In this document: positions 12,785 through 21,230 of the stretch, in pieces | Layout: each line of letters opens with the position of its first letter | Position numbering within the stretch: the stretch's first letter is position 1 | DNA from: an uncultured cyanobacterium | GTDB lineage: Bacteria; Cyanobacteriota; Cyanobacteriia; Cyanobacteriales; Nostocaceae | Direction: 5' to 3' | Length of the DNA: 64,000 bases | Assembly (NCBI GenBank): GCA_963740315.1 | Contig: CAVUDP010000002.1 | Location: 1,120,001-1,184,000 of the forward strand | Notes under the pieces: model-generated | What the model was told of the DNA's origin: nothing | Databases searched by the model: none | What the model saw: the letters and a program-made list of their open reading frames with translations, nothing else | Program-made: the position numbers and the translations under genes

Positions 12785-14527
12785 ATGGCATCTACTATCC
12801 AAGCTCTACCCTCAGAAGTCGTACACTTGATTACAGCCGGAGAGGTAATTGATTCTTTTGCTTCGGTGGTACGGGAATTAATCGAAAATTCCTTGGATGC
12901 AGGTGCGACAAAGATTGTAGTTTCTTTGTGTCCCCAACAGTGGCGGGTACGTGTCGCGGATAACGGTTGTGGAATGAGTGTATCCGACTTGCAGCAAGCC
13001 GCAACCGCCCACAGTACTAGTAAAATACGCTCCTGTGGAGATTTATGGAAAATTAATAGTTTGGGCTTTCGCGGTGAAGCATTACACAGCTTAACAACCC
13101 TAGCCGATTTAGAAATTATCAGCCGCTCAGATCAACCCGAAGGAAAAAGAGGGTGCAGCGGTTGGCGGATTGTATATGGCGATCGCGGGGAAGCTTTACT
13201 AATGGAAGCAGCAGCGATCGCACCGGGTACGGTAGCGGTAATTTCTAATTTATTTGGTAATTGTAATAGTCGTCGTCAGGGTTTACCTTCTATAGCTCAA
13301 CAAATGAAGGCAGTGCAAGCGGTAATTCAACAAACTGCTTTGTGTCATCCTCACGTTACCTGGCAAGTTTGGCAAAATGAACGCGAATGGTTTGTCATTT
13401 ATCCTACCGCTAACATCAAGGAAACTCTGTCTCAGTTCATCCGTAGAGTGCATCCATCAGACTTACAAGAATTAATTGTTGAATTAAATAATTCTGATTC
13501 CTCACTTGAGGGCGTTATCGGATTACCCGATAGATGCCATCGCCATCGTCCAGATTGGGTACGCATAGCAGTAAACGGACGTATGGTGAAATGCTCCGAA
13601 ATCGAACAAACCATCCTGGCAGCATTTCACAAAACATTACCGCGCGATCGCTATCCGGTATGTTTTCTACATTTATCTGTTTCTCCGAATCAAATTAACT
13701 GGAATCGCAACCCCGCCAAAACAGAAATATATCTCAATCAACTTGATTATTGGCGAGAACAAATTGCTCAATCGATTGATAAAGCATTCAGCATCAATTG
13801 TTCCACCATTAAGGAATCTTCCCAGGTAGCGCGAGTAGGTGAATTAATCAAAGCCGCAGAAGCAAAAAGCGGTTATAACTTCAATCGGAGAAATCTTGAA
13901 GAAAAGAACCTTGAAGAAAATGAAAATTTAAATAAAACATCTTTTAAATCCCAAACTTTAACGCAAAATTCCCCTCTCTCCACAGCACTTTATTTAAAAG
14001 CAGTTGCTCAAATCAATAAAACCTACATAGTCGCCGAGCATCCTGGGGGAATGTGGTTAGTAGAACAACACATAGCTCACGAAAGAATTTTATACGAACA
14101 AATTTGCGAACATTGGAAATTAGTACAATGCGAACCACCAATCATTCTTTATCAACTATCATCCGAGCAAATAGAACAGCTACAGCGAATTAACTTAGAA
14201 ATAGAACCATTCGGCGAACAACTTTGGGCAATTCGTCAAGTACCCGCACTCTTACACCAGCGCGAAGATTGCGCCGAAGCAATATTAGAACTCAGTAAAG
14301 GAGGCGACTTAAACACAGCCCAAGTCGCCGTCGCTTGTCGCAGCGCCATTCGCAACGGTACAACCTTGAGCCTGCCACAAATGCAGCAAATATTAGATGA
14401 ATGGCAGCGCACCCGCAACCCCCGCACCTGTCCCCACGGAAGACCAATTTATTTATCATTAGAAGAATCAGCCTTAGCTCGTTTCTTTCGTCGTAATTGG
14501 GTAATTGGGAAATCGCATGGCATCTAA
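12785..14527 (+). CDS. mutL: DNA mismatch repair endonuclease MutL
   Basis: ITAGEVI, RELIENSLDAGA, DNGCGM, LGFRGEAL, EQHIAHERILYE, ACRSAI and CPHGRP motifs. Confidence 0.97.
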   Translation: MASTIQALPSEVVHLITAGEVIDSFASVVRELIENSLDAGATKIVVSLCPQQWRVRVADNGCGMSVSDLQQAATAHSTSKIRSCGDLWKINSLGFRGEALHSLTTLADLEIISRSDQPEGKRGCSGWRIVYGDRGEALLMEAAAIAPGTVAVISNLFGNCNSRRQGLPSIAQQMKAVQAVIQQTALCHPHVTWQVWQNEREWFVIYPTANIKETLSQFIRRVHPSDLQELIVELNNSDSSLEGVIGLPDRCHRHRPDWVRIAVNGRMVKCSEIEQTILAAFHKTLPRDRYPVCFLHLSVSPNQINWNRNPAKTEIYLNQLDYWREQIAQSIDKAFSINCSTIKESSQVARVGELIKAAEAKSGYNFNRRNLEEKNLEENENLNKTSFKSQTLTQNSPLSTALYLKAVAQINKTYIVAEHPGGMWLVEQHIAHERILYEQICEHWKLVQCEPPIILYQLSSEQIEQLQRINLEIEPFGEQLWAIRQVPALLHQREDCAEAILELSKGGDLNTAQVAVACRSAIRNGTTLSLPQMQQILDEWQRTRNPRTCPHGRPIYLSLEESALARFFRRNWVIGKSHGI

Positions 14528-14528
14528 A

Positions 14529-14885
14529 CAGTGAGCAGTGAGCAGTGAGCAGTGAGCAGTGAGCAGTTAAGAGTTAAGAGTTAAGAGTTAAGAGTTAAGA
14601 GTTAAGAGTTAAGAGTTAAGAGTTTAAGAATTTTGGATTTTAGATTTTAGATTTTGGATTAGGATTTATAAGTTAGGAATTAAGAGTTAGGAATTAAGAG
14701 ATAGGAGTTAGAAGTGAGGAGTTAGAAGTGAGGAGTTAGAAGTGAGGAGTTAGAAGTGAGGAGTTAATAGTTGAATTTCCCCTTGTCTCCCCATCTCCCC
14801 ATCTCCCCATCTCCCCCTCTCCCCATCTCCCCATCTCCCCATCTCCCCATCTCCCCCCTCTACCCCCTCTACCCCCTCTCCCCAT
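14529..14885. repeat. Composite STRR block between mutL and cinA
   Basis: Consecutive arrays of (CAGTGAG)n, (TTAAGAG)n, (TTTAGAT)n, (GGAGTTAGAAGTGA)n and (CCCCATCT)n. Confidence 0.9.
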
Positions 14886-14894
14886 CCAAATTCT

Positions 14895-16145
14895 ATGAGT
14901 GCAGAAATTATTTGTGTCGGTACGGAAATGTTGCTGGGAGATATTCTCAATAGCAACGCTCAATATTTAGCTCAACAGTTAGCCGGGTTGGGTATTCCTC
15001 ATTTCTATCAAACGGTTGTTGGAGATAATAGCGATCGCATTAAACAAGTTATTGAAATTGCTAGCAAAAGAGCGCAAATACTCATTTTTACTGGCGGTTT
15101 AGGCCCCACTCCCGATGATTTGACTTGCGAAACCATTGCCGATTTTTTTGGTTCTCCCTTAATCGAGCGTGCGGAAATCATCGATGATATTACTAAAAAA
15201 TACGCTACTAGAAATAGAGTCATGAGCGCGAGCAATCGCAAACAAGCTTTAATACCCCAAGGTGCAGAAATTTTACCCAATCCTACGGGTACGGCTCCGG
15301 GGATCGTTTGGCAACCCCGCCCTAATTTGACGATTTTTACCTTCCCCGGCGTACCTTCAGAAATGCATAGGATGTGGGAGCAAACCGCCGTTCCTTACTT
15401 GAAAAGTCAAGGTTGGGGCAAACAAATCATTTACAGTCGAATGTTGCGCTTTTGGAACGTTCCCGAATCTGCTTTAGCGGAGAAAGTATCTGCTTATCTC
15501 AATTTACCCAATCCGACGGTAGCCCCTTATGCGAGTAAAGGGCAGGTAAAATTAAGAGTTTCTGCGAAAGCTAGTAGTGAAGCAGAAGCGGAAAGTTTGA
15601 TTGTACCTGTGGAAAAGCAAATTAAAGAAATTGCTGGTTTAGATTATTTTGGTGCCGATGATGACACTCTTGCTTCCGTAGTTGGTGATTTATTACGGAA
15701 ATCGGGAGAAACGCTTTCGGTGGCGGAATCTTGCACTGGTGGAACTTTAGGAGGAATGTTAACGGATACTTCGGGCAGTTCCGATTACTTTTGGGGCGGT
15801 GTAATTTCTTATGATAACTCAGTGAAAATTGGGATGCTGGGAGTTAGCGCGGAAGATTTGGAAAAGCATGGTGCGGTAAGTGCGATCGTAGCCGAACAAA
15901 TGGCTGTAGGGGTTAAAAAGCAGCTGGCTACAACTTGGGGATTGAGTATTACAGGGATTGCGGGGCCTGGTGGGGGTACGGAAACTAAGCCAGTGGGTTT
16001 GGTTTATGTTGGTTTAGCGGGAGAAAATGAAGTAGAAAGTTTTGAATTTAAGTTTAATCCGGTGCGCGGTAGAAGTTTAATTCGTCACTTCAGCGCTTGT
16101 AATGCTTTGGATAGTTTGCGAAGGAAGTTGTTACGACGGGGGTGA
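14895..16145 (+). CDS. cinA: Competence/damage-inducible protein A (MoCF-like domain + NMN deamidase)
   Basis: AEIICVGTEMLLG, TGGLGPTPDDLT, AESCTGG and SITGIAGPGGG motifs. Confidence 0.95.
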   Translation: MSAEIICVGTEMLLGDILNSNAQYLAQQLAGLGIPHFYQTVVGDNSDRIKQVIEIASKRAQILIFTGGLGPTPDDLTCETIADFFGSPLIERAEIIDDITKKYATRNRVMSASNRKQALIPQGAEILPNPTGTAPGIVWQPRPNLTIFTFPGVPSEMHRMWEQTAVPYLKSQGWGKQIIYSRMLRFWNVPESALAEKVSAYLNLPNPTVAPYASKGQVKLRVSAKASSEAEAESLIVPVEKQIKEIAGLDYFGADDDTLASVVGDLLRKSGETLSVAESCTGGTLGGMLTDTSGSSDYFWGGVISYDNSVKIGMLGVSAEDLEKHGAVSAIVAEQMAVGVKKQLATTWGLSITGIAGPGGGTETKPVGLVYVGLAGENEVESFEFKFNPVRGRSLIRHFSACNALDSLRRKLLRRG

Positions 16146-16217
16146 TATGGGGATCGGAATAATATATTTTTAACGCAGAGGGGCGCAAAGGTAAGCGCGA
16201 AGGAACGCAGAGTATTT

Positions 16218-16456
16218 GTAGGTTGGGTTAGACACGAAAATCAATTTGATTTGTAATAAGCAACTAAATTAATCGTGTCGTAACCCAACATTGCAACTAG
16301 TAGTCTTCATATCCGCTGAGGGTTGCAAACCCCCAGCTAATAACAAAAGTCCATTAAAATGGACTAGAATTATAATATTTAACTATGAATAAATGAAGAT
16401 AAGCTAAAAAGCAACTAAATTATATATTCTGGCGGGCAGGGATGCCCACCCCACAA
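16218..16456. repeat. Cluster of REP-like palindromic elements at the left edge of the ubiquitin-like island
   Basis: GTAGGTTGGGTTAGACACGA...TCGTGTCGTAACCCAACA, GCTGAGGGTTGCAAACCCCCAGC, AGTCCATTAAAATGGACT and GGCGGGCAGGGATGCCCACC. Confidence 0.7.
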
Positions 16457-16512
16457 GAATCACAATAATTTTAAATATATGATTTAAATGCTCAACAACT
16501 TATTAGCAATAT

Positions 16513-17133
16513 TCATCTTCGCGAAATATCTACCCACTGAATATTATTTTGCTGTTGTGATGTTGCGATATCTCGCCATTCAATTTGTGTAGAAGGTTGT
16601 ATCTGAGTTATATTTTCCTGCTGTTGAGTTGTTAATTCCGTTTCATCAAGATTTTCTCTACAGCTAGCTTGATTTAATAAGATTTCGGGTTGTAACCAAG
16701 ATTGTGCGATCGCTAAATATTCTTCTACAATAATGACTTCAATATTCAAAGCGTTACATTTACGAATAATTTCAGCGGAAGAGGTGAGAAAAACTATTTT
16801 AGCTTCAAGATTTTCAGATAGTTTAATTAAACTGTATAAATAGCAATCTAGTAAACTATTGGTATCAATATTTGTTTGGTGAATCTTTTCGTCAATAAAA
16901 TAAACTGTTCCACCACCAACTGTTTTAAATATCAAAATCTCAGACTCATCATATTCTATTAACGAATTGATGATGAGATTTGCATTATCAGTAGCAGATT
17001 GAAAGTTACCTAAGCTGAGATGTTGTAGTTGAGTATAAAAGTATTTTGGTAAGATAATATCTTTTGTAAAATCATTAATGTATTGGGGATTGATAAGACA
17101 TAAATCTGGTTCGAGAGCGTATAAAAATTTCAT
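16513..17133 (-). CDS. PIN-like domain protein with degenerate catalytic residues and a Gln-rich tail
   Basis: Pattern YALEPD...IILP..FYTQL...GGGTVYF...LD..L...IVFLTSS..IIRKC..LNIEV resembles PIN_4/PhoH-type PIN. Its ATG overlaps the upstream stop (TAATG). Confidence 0.5.
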   Translation of the reverse strand: MKFLYALEPDLCLINPQYINDFTKDIILPKYFYTQLQHLSLGNFQSATDNANLIINSLIEYDESEILIFKTVGGGTVYFIDEKIHQTNIDTNSLLDCYLYSLIKLSENLEAKIVFLTSSAEIIRKCNALNIEVIIVEEYLAIAQSWLQPEILLNQASCRENLDETELTTQQQENITQIQPSTQIEWRDIATSQQQNNIQWVDISRR

Positions 17134-17882
17134 TAATTTACTTCTGTTATTTGCGAAGGTGTATTTATAACTATTACTGGTCTATATCTTTTGTTAAGAC
17201 TTATCTTTCCGGCAATAATTACATTTTTATCAGTTAAGGAAAAGGTATTATAAAACAGAGAAAAACTTTTGCTAGGTACATAAGCATAAAGTGTTTTGTT
17301 ATTATTTTTGCTAAATTGAAAGTTAATTAATTTATATTCTGTATCTATATTAACGCTGACAATTTGTCCTTTTAAATAAACAGTTTGACCAATATTTTTA
17401 TGAATAGCAATTAAATCTGCAATTTTAATACATTTTTTGGGAAGATTAAGACTAATAGCTTGAGCAAAATCTTTAATAGCAGCTTGATTCTCGCCTAATT
17501 TATAGTAAATAGTTCCCCGATGATAATAAGCTTCAGCAAAATTGCTATTAAGTCGCAATGCTTCACTAAAATATTTAATTGCTTCACCGTAATTTTGATT
17601 GTTAGCTTTTTCTAATCCCGAACGTAATAAGTTGTCAGCATTAATAAAAGAATTGTTATTCGTATTTGGTGAAATATCTCTAAAAGTTATACAAAGTGGA
17701 AGAGTATATAAATTTTGAATTGAAGAATTGCATTGTTCGCATTTTTTATTCAGAAATTCCCAACTATCTTTATGGTATCCGAGTTGGCAAGGTTCACATA
17801 TATATACTTTCTCCCCTGGTTGAAGAATTTCACCACTTACACGGTCTTTTTGTCCAATTAAATTAGTTAGCAGTTCATCCAT
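17133..17882 (-). CDS. RING-like zinc finger + TPR + OB-fold protein (candidate E3/adaptor)
   Basis: N-terminal DxxS-x12-CxxC-x4-HxxSW-x6-CxxC. TPRs (YGEAIKYFSEALRLNSNFAEAYYHRG...AAIKDFAQAISL). C-terminal GQTVYLKGQIVSV...AGKISL...PVIVINTPSQI is OB-like. Confidence 0.7.
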   Translation of the reverse strand: MDELLTNLIGQKDRVSGEILQPGEKVYICEPCQLGYHKDSWEFLNKKCEQCNSSIQNLYTLPLCITFRDISPNTNNNSFINADNLLRSGLEKANNQNYGEAIKYFSEALRLNSNFAEAYYHRGTIYYKLGENQAAIKDFAQAISLNLPKKCIKIADLIAIHKNIGQTVYLKGQIVSVNIDTEYKLINFQFSKNNNKTLYAYVPSKSFSLFYNTFSLTDKNVIIAGKISLNKRYRPVIVINTPSQITEVN

Positions 17883-17945
17883 ATTAACGTTTTGATTTGT
17901 AAGACTGAAAAAATATTAAATTTATTGAAATAAGCAAAAAATTTT

Positions 17946-18001
17946 CATCAGTCATCTTCAGATGACTTTAGCTATTAGCCAGGGATTTACAATCCCTGGC
18001 G
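17946..18001. repeat. REP-like double hairpin
   Basis: AGTCATCTTCAGATGACT plus GCCAGGGATTTACAATCCCTGGC. Similar to the reverse complement of 16310-16367. Confidence 0.65.
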
Positions 18002-18035
18002 ATTATTGCGCTTAAACCTATTAGCTAAGAAAATA

Positions 18036-18659
18036 TTATTTCGCTAACAATATTGACTCAGATTTAACTGCTTGAACACGCTTTGCTTCCTCACCCAAAA
18101 AGCAACCAATCTGTTTCCTAACGGGATCGTAAACAATAGAAACACACCAAGGATGATAGAAAAATGCTCGCTGGGTTCTCATATCTGTTCCCGACATAAA
18201 AACGCCAATGTTGGGATGAGAATGATACCAACCAACTATATTTGCTTCTGGATGAGTCGATTTAGCATAGTCCATAATTCCTTGCCAAGAATCTGAAGTA
18301 AATTCTAAATGCGCTCCGGTTCCAATTGTTGCTGGTGCTGGTACTGCTGCGGTAATTTCTACATATATTCCATGTTCGGAATCGTTGTAGGCTTGACCAA
18401 AAAGAATACCTCCTTGCTCAACACTTGTGTTTGCTTCTAAATGATTTGTAAGCGCTGTAAATGCTGAGTGCAAAATATAAATCTGAGCATATGTAAAATA
18501 TACTTTTCTTTCAGCGAGAAATTTATTAATTGGTTTTTCTGTAGGTTTATAAACATCTTCACATTCAACCCATTCAATTTGATTGAGTTGAGCTAACATT
18601 GGTTCATCTTGATTCATCGGCTTACGCTTCATAAACCGTGAAAGAATTATTGCTAACAT
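18036..18659 (-). CDS. JAB/JAMM (MPN+) metallopeptidase, Rpn11-like deubiquitinase
   Basis: VEQGGILFG (catalytic Glu) and IVGWYHSHPNIGVFMSGTD (HxH-x7-S-x2-D). Start uncertain, with several Met codons between 18599 and 18692. Confidence 0.92.
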   Translation of the reverse strand: MLAIILSRFMKRKPMNQDEPMLAQLNQIEWVECEDVYKPTEKPINKFLAERKVYFTYAQIYILHSAFTALTNHLEANTSVEQGGILFGQAYNDSEHGIYVEITAAVPAPATIGTGAHLEFTSDSWQGIMDYAKSTHPEANIVGWYHSHPNIGVFMSGTDMRTQRAFFYHPWCVSIVYDPVRKQIGCFLGEEAKRVQAVKSESILLAK

Positions 18660-18672
18660 CCGTTTTAATTTA

Positions 18673-19182
18673 TTAAAAATCATTCCAAACAATTGTTGAT
18701 GTTGGTTTTTTACTAACTTTGAAAGTTTCAGTATCTACGGGAAAACGTTGCATATTATTTTCAGCCCAATCCTTAGCTTCATGATTTGCTGGACTTTTCA
18801 AATTTAGAACATCTTTGGAATACTGAATTATTTTGCCAATACGGATTACTAATTCAGAAAGATTCTCTGCCATTGTCCAGTAGCTACCAAGACAAACATT
18901 TTTATTTTCAAAAACATTCGGATGAAATATTTCTGTAATAAACTTAGCGCTTGGTTTTTCTCTAGGGTAATTATTGCCTAAAATAATTTCTACGCTGTGA
19001 GTTTTACGAAAAACAGGTTGATTATTTCGTAAACTTTCTATTCCCTTACAGCGATATTCAATTTTGTAAACTTCAACTGGTTTTCCTTGAGTTGAAGCAA
19101 TGGCTAAAGTACCCCCAGAATTACGAACAAGTTGAGATAATTCCTTAAAATCATTTTCTAAACGCTTTTCTCGAATACCCAT
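18673..19182 (-). CDS. Ubiquitin-conjugating enzyme E2 (UBC fold)
   Basis: REKRLENDFKEL helix 1, NYPREKP, IFHPNVFENKNVCLG (HPN plus catalytic Cys), W and SPANHEA. ATG at 19182 lies 2 nt after the Ubl stop. Confidence 0.93.
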   Translation of the reverse strand: MGIREKRLENDFKELSQLVRNSGGTLAIASTQGKPVEVYKIEYRCKGIESLRNNQPVFRKTHSVEIILGNNYPREKPSAKFITEIFHPNVFENKNVCLGSYWTMAENLSELVIRIGKIIQYSKDVLNLKSPANHEAKDWAENNMQRFPVDTETFKVSKKPTSTIVWNDF

Positions 19183-19184
19183 AA

Positions 19185-19442
19185 TTAACAACCTGCCTCT
19201 AAAATTGGGTAAACTTCTAAAACATCATTGTCTTGAACTCCTGCTGAAGCAAGGTTTATTGCAGGATCTAACTGTTGCCCTGTACGCTCAACACGCATCG
19301 CGTAACTTGTATTTGCTGGTAAATTCCAATTTTGTTGGGTGGTTTGAAGTAGTTGCTCTACGCTGAGTACAGCAGGTAGGGAAACAGCAGCTTTACGAGT
19401 TTGATCTGCCGAACGAATAATTAAAGAAAGTGAATCTGACAT
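19185..19442 (-). CDS. Ubiquitin-like (beta-grasp, YukD/EsaB-like) protein, 85 aa, ending ...LEAGC
   Basis: AGGAG SD upstream of ATG 19442. MSDSLSLIIRS...LDPAINLASAGVQDNDVLEVYPILEAGC matches the ubiquitin TLxxxGIxxxxxLxL pattern. Sits between E1 and E2. Confidence 0.85.
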   Translation of the reverse strand: MSDSLSLIIRSADQTRKAAVSLPAVLSVEQLLQTTQQNWNLPANTSYAMRVERTGQQLDPAINLASAGVQDNDVLEVYPILEAGC

Positions 19443-19450
19443 TGTTGCTC

Positions 19451-20260
19451 CTATATTTGGCAAAATTGAATTGCTATTGTTTCTTTCGCGGTTTTGCAGT
19501 GTAGTATTTCGTTCTTGGGTAGACATAATTCTCCAAGGGTAATTGCTCCACAATCCTTGAGTGAAAGATTGCTGATGACTTCAAAATCTCTTTCGTGACT
19601 GCATTTAGGACAAATTAGCTTTGATTCTGGAAACAGACGCAAAGGTGTATTAACTTGCTCTTGATAACCGCAATCTGGATTAAGACATCGCATCGTTTTA
19701 ATAACTTCGTTTCGCAACCGTAAAATTGGTTGATAAAATCCACAGTTATCTAGATGCTTGAGAATTTCTTGAATGCTCAAATTTGCATCATGTTTGACAC
19801 ATATTTTTGGTTCGATATTCATATCATGAGCAATACAATCCTCTTGTCTTTGAATTTGCACTTTGAAAGCCATCCAAGGATTTAAACCCAAAAAAACTTT
19901 TTCTCCGGGATTTACCAAACCCGGTTTATCGTGCAAATATAAAAGAGCTTGCTGCACCTGCATTGCTCCAACCATCGAAGCAATTGTTGCCGTTGTGGGC
20001 ATTGCAGCTTCTGGTATATTTCGCTTCATCCCCTGGCAGGAATATCGTCGATCGCGCCGTTGCCACATCTGCTTAGAAATGCTGCACTCGTAACAAGCGG
20101 TAGATTTATTCGGATCGAAAAAGCAAAATCCCCTTCAGCTACACCAATACCGCCATTTATCTAAGGAATTCCGGCGCGATAAGCAAGCTGATTAATAGCC
20201 CAACGAGCATTAACGCTATCAAGACAACCGATAATCAAATCGCGATCGCGAATATCTCCT
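19451..20260 (-). pseudogene. ThiF/UBA E1-family activating enzyme, 5'-truncated with an internal stop and a frameshift
   Basis: Manual translation gives GDIRDRDLIIGCLDSVNARWAINQLAYRAGIP*INGGIGVAEG, then a frameshift near 20120-20135, then FFDPNKSTACYECSISKQMWQRRDRRYSCQG...MPTTATIASMVGAMQVQQAL...CLNPDC...CPKC. No GxGxxG N-terminal half is seen upstream. Confidence 0.88.
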
Positions 20261-21230
20261 TTTTAATTATGACTTGTACAAAAATATACTTTTAATTAAT
20301 CTTAAAGCGTTAGTAGCGATCGCAACTGAATAAACCTAAATAAATAGCGTATAGCACTTTAAATGTATTTTTTATTCTCTTTATTGAGTAGAAACAATTT
20401 GAATCAAAAATACTTAAATTCCAAAATTAATTTAAAATGCTGACACATAAGGTATTTATTAATGCCAAGCAATATTTTTTGAATCGCAAATTGCTTGTAG
20501 AAAATAAACCGACAGATTTCAATATTTTTTGTAATAGCGTCAATTTTAAACCTGTTACCAAACAAATCGCGAGAATAGCAAAAAGTAAAATAGATTTAAA
20601 TCGGTACAGATGAAAGCTATACTAACTAAGTAGGCTGCCATCAAAGCTGACTTATATAAGCAAATTATGAGGAAATATATAAGATAAATAAAACTAAATT
20701 GGGAATACATCATGCTGTTACTAAGAAGTAGCAATAAAATGATTTTAATAGCAAATCCAAAGTTATAAAAATAGTCACTAATTTTATATACAATAATTAT
20801 GGAAATAGATTGATTTAGATGTATCAAACTTATTTTTTATACATCACATCTATCTAAAGTGATAATAAAAATCGCTTTAAGGATAGATATTCTCAGTACT
20901 CAATAATGCAACTAAGGGGAAACTTTTAGCGAATTTATCTTTAACCCCCTCCTTGGAAACAAAAGTTTACAAAGTCTGAGGACTTACTCTCGTTTTTTCT
21001 GAATATAAATTTGTAAGCTGGTAATAACATTTGTTATTTTTATAATAATTTTTTGTTATAAGTAAAATAACCTCTAAACCAGCCACAGCAAGGTTTTTGA
21101 CAAGAAATCCATTAACTGTTATTAATCATTTTGTGTTTCATTATCAGCATATTTAATCTCTAGGAGGTTGCTGAGTAGTTCACAATTTGTTACAAAAATA
21201 CAAAGAACTTCTAGTAACCTGTAGTAAAAA

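Noticed and set aside
19443..19553. N-terminal extension of the Ubl shown in the ORF track
   Set aside because: It overlaps the E1 3' end in another frame, and the SD sits directly before ATG 19442.
20242..20249. HIP1 site as the exact E1 deletion breakpoint
   Set aside because: E1-like coding appears to continue about 10 nt beyond the site, and HIP1 is frequent throughout the window.
20555..20827. Possible missing E1 N-terminus or extra operon gene
   Set aside because: Low-complexity hydrophobic translation of AT-rich DNA with no GxGxxG or other ThiF motif.
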